Origin: an uncultured candidate division Zixibacteria bacterium
Lineage (GTDB): Bacteria; Zixibacteria; MSB-5A5; UBA10806; 4484-95
DNA length: 64,000 nucleotides
Direction of reading: 5' to 3'
Assembly (NCBI GenBank): GCA_963668625.2
Contig: CAXXKA010000010.1
Coordinates: forward strand, 160,001-224,000
A program made the position numbers and the translations under genes. The notes under the pieces were generated by a model. The model was not told the origin of the DNA. It saw only the letters and a list, made by a program, of their open reading frames with translations, and did not search any database. Shown here piece after piece: positions 19,487-28,596 of the stretch (positions within the stretch are counted from its first letter, which is position 1; each line of letters starts with the position of its first letter).

Positions 19487-20014
19487 TTACTTATGCCGCA
19501 ACCACTCCACTGCCAGCACCTCATGCCTCTTCACGAAATCATCTTTCATATCGCAGTACTTCTCGCTGTCGTTTTCGCAGTCGCGGGCGCAACGCTTTTT
19601 CAACACGGCGTATTCCGCGGCAATCTCGGGATGCGCTATCAAGTAATCGCGGAATGCTATGTGACGGATTACTCCCTCGCTGCCGGCGTTAAAAGCATGC
19701 ACGTGATGGCTTCTATCCAATCCGCCCTTGATATAAAACCGTCTACCGGCAATACCAAGCTCGCCCCGGGGGATATAGCCGATCCCGATCATGGCTTCGT
19801 CGAAATCATCAAGCGCGATGACATCCCGCACCTCCAGAAGTATATCGATAATCGGCTTGGCCGCCAGTCCCGGCACGGCTGTGCTGCCTATGTGATGGAT
19901 ATCGATCACCTGCTCACCCAGTGTATCGCGCAAAAGCTGGCTCTCGGTATCGAACATCGCCGGCCAGTCGTGATCGTAATCGACCACCTCGATTATGCGT
20001 TTCCTGTATTGCAT
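19487..20014 (-). CDS. GrpB/UPF0157-family nucleotidyltransferase-like protein
   Basis: HHIGSTAVPGLAAKPIIDI, FRDYL..HP, Y..LK. Confidence 0.93.
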   Translation of the reverse strand: MQYRKRIIEVVDYDHDWPAMFDTESQLLRDTLGEQVIDIHHIGSTAVPGLAAKPIIDILLEVRDVIALDDFDEAMIGIGYIPRGELGIAGRRFYIKGGLDRSHHVHAFNAGSEGVIRHIAFRDYLIAHPEIAAEYAVLKKRCARDCENDSEKYCDMKDDFVKRHEVLAVEWLRHK

Positions 20015-20023
20015 ATTAATTGC

Positions 20024-20052
20024 AGAATAGCTGTATCGCGCTGGAAAGTCAA
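20024..20052 (-). promoter_or_regulatory. Sigma70 promoter abutting the start codon (leaderless-like)
   Basis: TTGACT-17-TATTCT, 9 nt before ATG 20014; no SD. Confidence 0.55.
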
Positions 20053-20163
20053 TTCCAACATCATACTTATTATGTTATAGTTTTTTCTAACAATTTAAAT
20101 CGTAGAGGGGAAAAGTCGGAGTATCGATAAATACTCCAACCATCTAATTTTGACTGAGTCGAA

Positions 20164-22596
20164 TTACTTGACCAGCGACATTTTCATACTGCTGGAATAG
20201 TCACCGGCTTCGATCATATAGAAATATACTCCCGATGATACATCATCAGCGTTCCAGACAACCTGATGGCTGCCGGCTTGCTGCGGTTCATCAACGATAC
20301 GGTCAACATATCTACCCAGTATATCGTATATTTGCAATGTAACATGACAATCATCAACCAGGTCATAATAAATGACAGTAGAGTTGTTAAACGGATTAGG
20401 GTAGTTCTGTGTAAGCTGATAAGTCTCTGGCAAGCCGGGCGAGCTTTCAATATCGACGGCAGGGATTTCGAAAGCAGCCACGAAGCAATTAGGCTGATCA
20501 AACATAACATTGCCGCTGAAGGTGGAATCATAAGCGTTATACATGGGAAAATCATCAGAGGTAGTATAACCGGTAATATATGTATTACCTGAATTATCAA
20601 CATCGATATCCTTCACATATTCTCTGTAAGTACCCCCAAAATAGCTGCTGAAATCTAAATAGGAAGCATCCGGGCTAAACACTGATATGAAAATATCGTA
20701 ATTACCATTTACGTTGTCATCGTAAGCATCGACAGTGGGAAAATCTGAGGAGTTAGTATTTCCACTAATATAAGCATAACCGGATTCGTTAACGACTAAA
20801 CCATAAGCTTCATCAGCACCTGATCCGCCTAAAAAAGTGCTGTAATGCAAGGAATCGCCTCCCGGTGTCATTTTACTCAGGAAAACGTCATGACTTCCGT
20901 TGTGGCTTGAATTGTAAGCGCTGCAAATAGGAAAATCTGTAGATGTGGTATTACCGGTTATATATATATTACCGGAATTATCAATATCGATATCCCTGCC
21001 ATAGTCATTACCAGTGCCACCCAAATAAGTGCTGAAAAGTAAAGCCTGGCTATCGATGGATAACTTTGCCACGAATCCATCATAATTGTCACCATAGCTA
21101 TCATCATAGGCATTAACCATGGGAAAATCATCGGAGTCCGTATATCCCGTTATATAAGCATTGCCTGAATTATCAGCGGCTATAGCAAGGGGATAATCAT
21201 GATCAGTGCCGCCCAGGTAGGTACAATACTCTAGTGAATTACCACTCGATGAAAACCTGGCGATAAAAACGTCTCTAATACCGCTGTGGCTAAGGCTATC
21301 GCAATAGGCATTAGCGGTAGGCAAATCGGAGGATGTTGTTTGGCCCAGTAAATAAACTTTACCGGAATTGTCTATAGCATGGTAATTGTAGTTCTCATCA
21401 GCGCTTCCACCAAAGTATGTGCTATACATTAGAGAGTCGCCCGCCGGAGACATTTTAGTAATAAAGCTATCGTAAGAGCCGCTATTACTGCTGCTGTAAG
21501 CGTTGGCAGTCGGGAAATCGCTGGAGTAGGTATAACCACTCACGTAAATATTACCTGAATCATCAACACTTATCTCAGATGGGTAATCATTATTTGATCC
21601 GCCGAGGAAGGTGCTATATGTCAGTGAACCGGTGGGTGAAAATTTAGAAATAAAAGTATCAACTCCGTTCATAGAATCATCATAGGGATCAACTGTGGGG
21701 AAGTCGCTGGAGTACGCTTCACCGCATACATATATATTGCCGGAATCGTCATGACTAACCGCGCAACCACGGTCATCGCTGCTACCACTGAGATAGGTAC
21801 TGAATACGAGTTCGGGATCGATAACTAATGTTTTTGATGCATCGTAATTTTCGATTTCGAAACCGAAGACGCCCGGTTCTATAAGGCGATAGTAGCCGGA
21901 GAGTGGGCTTTTACCGTCAACGGTTTCCTGGTATATCTCCGGGATGTTCTCATACACCAGCCCGAATTTAGTTTGTGCCTGAAGCTCCCCGGTGTTGGCT
22001 ATGGCTAGTTCGCTCACACCCTCGTAGCGGATTTTAATCCGGTCGATATCGGCGCCGGGGCTGATTACGAAATCGTATTTCATGCTTTTACCGTTGCCGT
22101 AGTATTTCACATCGATACCCGGCCAGACATCTTTGTAAGTGATAGTCGAGTAGCTGGGCACATACGTTTGCCAGTTGGCGGGGTCATTGCCGTAGAAATA
22201 GTTGGTATAGTGCGGTAAACGATCCTCGGCGATCACCTCCGGATTGTGGTTGGCATCGATGAACCGCGCTTTTATAAGCTGGTATTCTTTGCGGTACTCG
22301 ACAGGAGCGGAATGATCTGCTGCTATGCGCTCGTTATAAATTACCTCATCGGTATCGCGAACGAACAGGTACGATACCTCACCGCCGCCGAAATAGAATG
22401 TTACATTACCGGCCTCGGCTTTGAAAAGCGTACCGGCATCCCATTGGCCGTAGTTTTCCGTAAACGCTACGGGTTGCGAGGATTGATCGGGTATGGATAA
22501 TTGATTGGCGTACCAGTTATCGAGTGTCAACTGCGCGTTGATACCGCCGGCTGTTAATACTATCAGGATTGATATTATTATCATATTTCTTTTCAT
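20164..22596 (-). CDS. SBBP (beta-propeller) repeat protein with T9SS-type C-terminal domain
   Basis: FTENYGQW, LVIDP, repeated YSTYLGGS..D....I..D.SGN.Y..G.T.S.DFP; C-terminal QNYPNPFN...SGVYFY. Start at MKRN after GGAG. Confidence 0.92.
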   Translation of the reverse strand: MKRNMIIISILIVLTAGGINAQLTLDNWYANQLSIPDQSSQPVAFTENYGQWDAGTLFKAEAGNVTFYFGGGEVSYLFVRDTDEVIYNERIAADHSAPVEYRKEYQLIKARFIDANHNPEVIAEDRLPHYTNYFYGNDPANWQTYVPSYSTITYKDVWPGIDVKYYGNGKSMKYDFVISPGADIDRIKIRYEGVSELAIANTGELQAQTKFGLVYENIPEIYQETVDGKSPLSGYYRLIEPGVFGFEIENYDASKTLVIDPELVFSTYLSGSSDDRGCAVSHDDSGNIYVCGEAYSSDFPTVDPYDDSMNGVDTFISKFSPTGSLTYSTFLGGSNNDYPSEISVDDSGNIYVSGYTYSSDFPTANAYSSSNSGSYDSFITKMSPAGDSLMYSTYFGGSADENYNYHAIDNSGKVYLLGQTTSSDLPTANAYCDSLSHSGIRDVFIARFSSSGNSLEYCTYLGGTDHDYPLAIAADNSGNAYITGYTDSDDFPMVNAYDDSYGDNYDGFVAKLSIDSQALLFSTYLGGTGNDYGRDIDIDNSGNIYITGNTTSTDFPICSAYNSSHNGSHDVFLSKMTPGGDSLHYSTFLGGSGADEAYGLVVNESGYAYISGNTNSSDFPTVDAYDDNVNGNYDIFISVFSPDASYLDFSSYFGGTYREYVKDIDVDNSGNTYITGYTTSDDFPMYNAYDSTFSGNVMFDQPNCFVAAFEIPAVDIESSPGLPETYQLTQNYPNPFNNSTVIYYDLVDDCHVTLQIYDILGRYVDRIVDEPQQAGSHQVVWNADDVSSGVYFYMIEAGDYSSSMKMSLVK

Positions 22597-22688
22597 CTGT
22601 TTCTCCTGCAAGATTGATTTGAAAAGTTGCTGAAAATCATTTTTAGGTAATTACAAAACGATTATTTACTAATTAACCTATAATAATT

Positions 22689-22715
22689 TTATCGGCACTG
22701 ATGGTATTCAGTTAA
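22689..22715 (-). promoter_or_regulatory. Sigma28-like promoter
   Basis: Minus strand TTAA-N15-GCCGATAA, near consensus. Confidence 0.6.
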
Positions 22716-22829
22716 CTGCAAAGCATAGTTGTGTTTCAGATGGGTGTATGCTTTTAGCTGTATCGGTTAAAGTGCTGATTCCAGAGTGGAGTGGACGGTT
22801 GAAAGCTTAATGTCGCGGCCTCGATTAGC

Positions 22830-23354
22830 TTATACATCGCTTCGCCACTCATCCTCCAGTATAGACATACTGTGCCAGCTGATATACCCCGTGGAGGTCT
22901 TGGTGGCATCCCTCATCAAGCCCTCGGTTTTGAAACCGGCTTTTCGATAGCAAGCGATTGCCGGAGCATTGTCGTCATCAACGAAAAGCTGTACCCGGTG
23001 AAGATTCAACTGATCGAAACAGATAATCAGAAACTGCCGAATACTCTCGGCGCCGATTCCCTGCCCGCGCAGATTTTTATCGCCAATAACTATCTGCCCC
23101 AGATGCGCCAGGTTGTTTTCCCGAACCATGGTGGCGTGGATTACACCGATTAGCTTGTTTTCAGGCCGATACATGATACGATACCCCAGCGACACCGGTT
23201 CGCCATTGTCATAGGAAGGCAGCAACTGCTTGAGCTGCTCGATATCAACCGGCTCGTGGAATATACGGAACACCCGAGGATCGATCCACGGTACTATTGA
23301 TGCCAGATCCTCCGGCTCAAGCTCCTCGATTCGTATTTTGCTATCTTTGATGAT
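22830..23354 (-). CDS. RimJ/RimL-type GNAT acetyltransferase
   Basis: IGDKNLRGQGIG, LNLHRVQLFV..DN..AI.CY.KAGF..EG. The frame is open upstream to an ATC at 23354, 6 nt behind GGAGG. Confidence 0.88.
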   Translation of the reverse strand: MIKDSKIRIEELEPEDLASIVPWIDPRVFRIFHEPVDIEQLKQLLPSYDNGEPVSLGYRIMYRPENKLIGVIHATMVRENNLAHLGQIVIGDKNLRGQGIGAESIRQFLIICFDQLNLHRVQLFVDDDNAPAIACYRKAGFKTEGLMRDATKTSTGYISWHSMSILEDEWRSDV

Positions 23355-23510
23355 TGAACGCCTCCGGGTTTGTTGATGCGGCTGTTATGCGAATAGTATC
23401 ATCATTATTGTAGTTTCGATATTGGGGATAGTCAAGAGTGGTTTGAGATACCTCTGTCATTCCCGAGGAAGCGGGAATCTGTATACATGGCTGATATGAT
23501 GATTGGCGGC

Positions 23511-24830
23511 GTTATTTATTCCTCAGGATGGAAAACGAAGTGACATCCTGAGGCGGCAGCGCGTCGGCGTTAGGATGTCGTTCTTTCTGTTCTGGTGGAT
23601 AAGGAATGCGGTGGGTTGCCCCGTGGGAATGGAGAGGGGGGCCAGGGTAACTCACCAGTAGGGTGAGTAGATGGAAATGATCTCCACAATAATTAATTAC
23701 GTCCGACTCATGCTTGGAAAGTTAATATGAAATATCTGCCCCCGCTTAAACTGTGCACACCCTACTGGTGTGTTACCTGTTATTTATTCCTCAGGATGTC
23801 GTTCCTTCTATCCTGATGCATAATGAACGAGGGATAGGGATGGGGAAAGGTAACTCACCTGTAGGGTGAGTAGATATAAATGATCACCGCAGTGAATTAT
23901 TCAGTCCGACGCATGTTTGGAAAATTTTATCCCTCAGGATGGAAAACGAAGTGACATCCTGAGGCGGCAGCGCGTCGGCGTTAGGATGTCGTTCTTTCTG
24001 TTCTGGTGGATAAGGAATGCGGTGGGTTGCCCCGTGGGAATGGAGAGGGGGGCCAGGGTAACTCACCAGTAGGGTGAGTAGATGGAAATGATCTCCACAA
24101 TAATTAATTACGTCCGACTCATGCTTGGAAAGTTAATATGAAATATCTGCCCCCGCTTAAACTGTGCACACCCTACTGGTGTGTTACCTGTTATTTATTC
24201 CTCAGGATGTCGTTCCTTCTATCCTGATGCATAATGAACGAGGGATAGGGATGGGGAAAGGTAACTCACCTGTAGGGTGAGTAGATATAAATGATCACCG
24301 CAGTGAATTATTCAGTCCGACGCATGTTTGGAAAATTTTATCCCTCAGGATGGAAAACGAAGTGACATCCTGAGGCGGCAGCGCGTCGGCGTTAGGATGT
24401 TGTTCTTTCTGTTCTGGTGGATAAGGAATGCGGTGGGTTGCCCCGTGGGAATGGAGAGGGGGGCCAGGGTAACTCACCAGTAGGGTGAGTAGATAGAAAT
24501 GATCTCCACAATAATTAATTACGTCCGACTCATGCTTGGAAAGTTAATATGAAATATCTGCCCCCGCTTAAACTGTGCACACCCTACTGGTGTGTTACCT
24601 GTTATTTATTCCTCAGGATGTCGTTCCTTCTATCCTGATGCATAATGAACGAGGGATAGGGATGGGGAAAGGTAACTCACCTGTAGGGTGAGTAGATATA
24701 AATGATCACCGCAGTGAATTATTCAGTCCGACGCATGTTTGGAAAATTTTATCCCTCAGGATGGAAAACGAAGTGACATCCTGAGGCGGCAGCGCGCTGG
24801 CATCAGGATGTCGTACCTTCCATCCTGATG
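23511..24830. repeat. Tandem array of a 411-bp palindrome-mosaic (BIME/REP-like) unit: 3 full copies plus a partial fourth
   Basis: CCTCAGGATGGAAAACGAAGTGACATCCTGAGG starts at 23521, 23932, 24343 and 24754 (period 411). Copies differ at only a few bases. Confidence 0.95.
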
Positions 24831-24864
24831 TATAAAAAAGGAGATGGTACGATAAAAGCATCTT

Positions 24865-25070
24865 GCTAATCTATTCTGTTGGTGTTAGAGCTTCGGTAAT
24901 GAATTTCTAACTGGAGCGGATAGGTTATAGGCTGAACTGAATGCTTGAGGCCAGACCTCGTAAAGGAGATTAATCAGACCTGTAACCGAATTGCCACCAT
25001 AAGGCAAAGACCTTGAATAGGAGTTTGGTAGGCGCCGACAGAGAGTCTGCTCCAGTGATAACCATAGAAT
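24865..25070 (+). ncRNA. Putative bridge/seek RNA of the IS110 element
   Basis: Non-coding left end. Basal stem CTGGAGCGGA (24911-20)/TCTGCTCCAG (25046-55). Two internal stem-loops contain AAAGGAGAT and ATAGGAGTTT, which match the element junctions. Boundaries approximate. Confidence 0.7.
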
Positions 25071-25081
25071 GGAGCAAGAAG

Positions 25082-26095
25082 ATGAGGTACTTAGGAGTAG
25101 ACCTTCACACAAACAGTTTGACCGTGTGTTACCTGACAGCCGGTGGTCGGGAGAGGATCAAGGAGTATCGGCTAAAGGATCTAAAGGAATTTAAACGAGG
25201 ATTAAAAAAGACGGATTGTGTAGCGGTTGAGGCCACTGGCAACACTCGTTATTTCGTTGATGAGATATCGCATTTGGTCAAGCGAGTTGTTGTCGTCGAT
25301 CCGAACAAATTTGAGATAATCAAATCATCAGTCAGTAAGACGGATGAAAACGATGCCAGGAACTTAGCCTATTTTATGAGCAAAGACATGTTGCCGAAAG
25401 CCCGATTAAAGACGAAAGATAAAGCGCAGATCAGTTCACTTGTTGGGACACGGGACAAGCTGGTCAAGTTACGTACAGCTTTGAAGAATAAAATACACAA
25501 CATACTCAATCATCATGGTATCAAGAGTAAAAAGGAGGCCTACTCCAGCAACAAGAGTTTGGAGCGGGTTCTAAAGATGAATTTTGATGAGGTTGTTTCT
25601 GTTGAGCTTGAGGTATTGGTTGATCAGATTCGCAGTTTGAATGAGGGGATAAAAAAGCTGGACAAACAGATAGAGGATCAGGGTCGCAAGTTGAACGGGC
25701 ATAAGAACCTGACCAGCATCAAAGGAATCGGCAGCAAATCAGCTACAGTGTTGCTTTCGGTAATTGGTGATGTTGCTGATTTTTCGGACAAAGATAAATT
25801 GGCCTCATATTTTGGCGTAGTGCCGCGAGTTTCCAATTCAAACGAGATTCAGCATCATGGTCGGATTACCAAGCGTGGTTCTAAGATTGGTCGGACTACA
25901 CTGGTGCAGTGTACGCTTGTTGCCATACGATATAACCATTACTTGAGTAAATATTACAATCGTATAAAAAACCGTCGTGGCAGCGGTAAGGCTATCATTG
26001 CCACAGCCAGAAAATTACTGGGAATAATCTATGACACCTTGAAAAATAATTGGGTGTTTGAAGATTTCCCTAACTTTGTGTTAGCAAACAGATAA
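25082..26095 (+). CDS. IS110-family transposase/recombinase
   Basis: MRYLGVDLH (D), VAVEATG (E), KTDENDA (DD), SIKGIG, YFGVVPRVSNS (Ser), GRITKRGS, KAIIATARKL. GGAG SD before ATG 25082. Confidence 0.97.
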   Translation: MRYLGVDLHTNSLTVCYLTAGGRERIKEYRLKDLKEFKRGLKKTDCVAVEATGNTRYFVDEISHLVKRVVVVDPNKFEIIKSSVSKTDENDARNLAYFMSKDMLPKARLKTKDKAQISSLVGTRDKLVKLRTALKNKIHNILNHHGIKSKKEAYSSNKSLERVLKMNFDEVVSVELEVLVDQIRSLNEGIKKLDKQIEDQGRKLNGHKNLTSIKGIGSKSATVLLSVIGDVADFSDKDKLASYFGVVPRVSNSNEIQHHGRITKRGSKIGRTTLVQCTLVAIRYNHYLSKYYNRIKNRRGSGKAIIATARKLLGIIYDTLKNNWVFEDFPNFVLANR

Positions 26096-26195
26096 CTGAA
26101 ATTTGGAGTAGACTTTTATCATAGGAGTTTTTAATGTTTGCCGTTGATATGCTATCCTACCCCCGTAGTACCGGGGATGGGGCACCGGGCAAGAA

Positions 26196-27551
26196 CTACC
26201 AAACTTCCTTAGGTAAAATATCCGCGGCGAATAGATAAAACTCATTTACCCAATTGAGTCTGATATCATCTCGTTGATTTAAGGATTCCAGTATTCTATT
26301 CGTCAAATTTTCTAGATCCGAATATTGAACTTCCCTCAGCACATATAGAGCTTCAACAATATAGAAGAAGTTTTCTGATGATTTACTATTAATTATCCCG
26401 AGTAAAGCATCTATACCTTGTTCTCTGCTACCAAGCCTTATAACTGATTTTGCAGCCCCGAGAGCAACGTATGGATTATCGCTTTTAAGGAAAGGGAATA
26501 ATTCTTTGGCATCTTCTTTGTCTCCCAATATCCCCACTATTATTAATGCCACGCGCATTTTGGGACTATTTAAACCTTCCGGATTTAGTACTGGAATACC
26601 AGGTGTATATCCATCATATAAGATACTATCTTGGTGAGCAATGTTCCTCCGCCCAAGGCAGTAATCTAGTAAAACCGGTTCCCAGTTTTTATCAGGAAGA
26701 TTTTTTACGGGGAATTGACCTGGATAGTGCATTATAGGATTGAAAAGCGATTTATTTATAGTAACAAAGTTTTTTTCGTAGCGAACAAAAGCTTGATTTG
26801 CTACCTTTTCATTGTCGTCCTGTATAAGGTATTCAAGAATCTGCTTAGTCTCTGCGTCCCTTCTATCAAGATTACCTAAAAGAGAATATCTCGATTCCCA
26901 GCGGTCGCTTTTTAAACGCTCAATGAAATATGGTATTCGTCTTGTTATGTTAAGAGATTCTAAGTATTTACGGGCAAGAAGATTATTTCCCGATTTTATT
27001 TCATTATTATTAATTCCTTCAAGCATATTTTTTAGAATGTTAATTCTTCTATCATGTTCTTTGGTACGAAACGTGATTTCATTTAGTATCAGGGTTTTTA
27101 CTCGTTCTTCAATAGTTTCATCATCTAATTCCTTATTGTAATTCCAATTTGAAAGAATTGTCTGCGCTCCGCACACGGTTAGCATACGATATTCTGTGTC
27201 TTTGTTTTTATTTGTTATTTGTTTAAGAAATATGAGGTGGGTTGATCCACATGTGTATGGATTACTGATAGCTCCTTTTAAATCGTAGAGATGTGCTTTA
27301 ATTTGTGTATTGTATAAAATGTTCCCCTTAATTGTTTGCCTAATCGTGCATTCGTGCAAAGAGAATCCTGAGATACCTCCAAAATCTGACAAATTCTGGT
27401 CTACTTGTAAAATAACAATAGCATCTGCCTGGTTAATAAGCTTAGTAAGATCAATGTAAGAAGCGTTCTCTGCTGTGCATATTTCTCTGGTCCAGCCAAG
27501 TTGGTGTAATAATAGTACTAATAGAATATATGTGATGATTCTATTTTTCAT
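26196..27551 (-). CDS. AT-rich exported protein with C-terminal HEAT-like repeats; N-terminal domain paralogous to 27856-28464
   Basis: GGGAGG SD then MKNRIITYILLVLLL. HEAT-like LKSDRWESR, LKSDNPYVALGAAKSVIRLG. The track's 66-aa N-terminal extension is mostly repeat DNA. Confidence 0.8.
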   Translation of the reverse strand: MKNRIITYILLVLLLHQLGWTREICTAENASYIDLTKLINQADAIVILQVDQNLSDFGGISGFSLHECTIRQTIKGNILYNTQIKAHLYDLKGAISNPYTCGSTHLIFLKQITNKNKDTEYRMLTVCGAQTILSNWNYNKELDDETIEERVKTLILNEITFRTKEHDRRINILKNMLEGINNNEIKSGNNLLARKYLESLNITRRIPYFIERLKSDRWESRYSLLGNLDRRDAETKQILEYLIQDDNEKVANQAFVRYEKNFVTINKSLFNPIMHYPGQFPVKNLPDKNWEPVLLDYCLGRRNIAHQDSILYDGYTPGIPVLNPEGLNSPKMRVALIIVGILGDKEDAKELFPFLKSDNPYVALGAAKSVIRLGSREQGIDALLGIINSKSSENFFYIVEALYVLREVQYSDLENLTNRILESLNQRDDIRLNWVNEFYLFAADILPKEVW

Positions 27552-27607
27552 TATAATTTCCTCCCAGAATATTATACAACGATAGGTGATAAAATATTCC
27601 ACTAATT

Positions 27608-27875
27608 TTTTATCCCTTAGGATGGAAAACGAAGTGACATCCTGAGGCGGCAGCGCGTCGGCGTTAGGATGTCGTTCTTTTTGTTCTGGTGGATAAGGAA
27701 TGCGGTGGGTTGCCCCGTGGGAATGGAGAGGGGGGCCAGGGTAACTCACCAGTAGGGTGAGTAGATATAAATGATCTCCACAATAATTAATTACGTCCGA
27801 CTCATGCTTGGAAAGTTAATATGAAATATCTGCCCCCGCTTAAACTGTGCACACCCTACTGGTGTGTTACCTGTT
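27608..27875. repeat. Solo partial copy of the 411-bp unit between the two paralogous genes
   Basis: Near-identical to 23521-23781; overlaps the stop codon of the 27856-28464 gene. Confidence 0.95.
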
Positions 27876-28464
27876 GAATGTGATCAAGTCGATTGTATTT
27901 TCTTTTAATGTTATACTCATTGGGTCCCCTCATTATGCTATTTAAGAAATTCATTAGTTTTTTATGCTTTTTGTCTTGATAGTCAATCGAACTTTGTATC
28001 AAATTTTTAATTATCTCCTCAAGTGTTTGTCCTTCAGGCATTTTTTCAAGCCCGAATGGCGATAGCAATGTTTGCGCTCCGCAAAGCGTTAGCATTCGGT
28101 AATCTGTGGATTCATCATCCTGTTCTTTTTTAACAAGAAAGACTAAATGGTTAGATAAAGTGCTATAAGGTTCAGTGAAACTGCCTTCTAAATCGTATAG
28201 CATTAATCTTACCCGTGAGTTTTTCTTTAAATCTCCTTTTAATGTTTGGTAGATGAAACATTCGTGTTCAGAATAGAAAGTGTTCCTGCTTCGGGAATCA
28301 GAAAGATTTTGTTCAATCCTGAGAATGACAATCGCATCAGCCATCTCAATAAGCTTTGGCCAGCCTATAAATTGATTAGGTTCCATTGAGCAAATAGGAT
28401 CCGCCAAATTTATTTGAGGGATAAATAAAATTATCACGCTTGCTACGATAAAAATTTTTTTCAT
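27856..28464 (-). CDS. AT-rich exported hypothetical protein (paralog of the N-terminus of 26196-27551)
   Basis: AGGAGG SD; signal peptide. Shared motifs ADAIVIL...QNLSD, HEC.I.QT.KG, LYDL.G...PY, YRMLT.CGAQT.LS. Confidence 0.82.
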   Translation of the reverse strand: MKKIFIVASVIILFIPQINLADPICSMEPNQFIGWPKLIEMADAIVILRIEQNLSDSRSRNTFYSEHECFIYQTLKGDLKKNSRVRLMLYDLEGSFTEPYSTLSNHLVFLVKKEQDDESTDYRMLTLCGAQTLLSPFGLEKMPEGQTLEEIIKNLIQSSIDYQDKKHKKLMNFLNSIMRGPNEYNIKRKYNRLDHIQQVTHQ

Positions 28465-28536
28465 TATAGAATCCTCCTATCTGAATTATATACCGTATAT
28501 ATGTATAGATTATTCCCCCAAAATACTATTTCAACT

Positions 28537-28564
28537 AAAAAAGCCGCCCAACCCGGACGGCTTT
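28537..28564 (-). terminator. Intrinsic terminator after pruA
   Basis: Minus strand AAAGCCG...CGGCTTTTTT. Confidence 0.6.
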
Positions 28565-28596
28565 CATACTAGTCAATTATCTTAGCAGGTTAAACT

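Larger units (their letters stand above)
24840..26127 (+). mobile_element. IS110-family (IS1111-like) insertion sequence
   Basis: GGAG core at both junctions (24840-43, 26124-27). Sub-terminal IR GATAAAAG (24851-58) lies 7 nt inside the left end and CTTTTATC (26113-20) 3 nt inside the right end. DEDD transposase inside. Confidence 0.92.

Noticed and set aside
23884-24477. Two 60-aa ORFs (MSYPGPPLH...) and the matching N-terminal extension of ORF 26196-27749
   Set aside because: These are translations of palindromic repeat DNA; the real gene starts at 27551 behind a strong SD.
23511-24830. CRISPR array, TIGR array or integron attC array
   Set aside because: Units are 411 bp and near-identical, with no unique spacers. 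No cas or integrase gene is present, the adjacent protein is a full DEDD+Ser IS110 transposase, and there is no RYYYAAC...GTTRRRY pairing.
24885-25112. 75-aa minus ORF and the track's 25013 start for the transposase
   Set aside because: Both overlap the structured non-coding end. IS110 proteins start just before GxD, and ATG 25082 has an SD.
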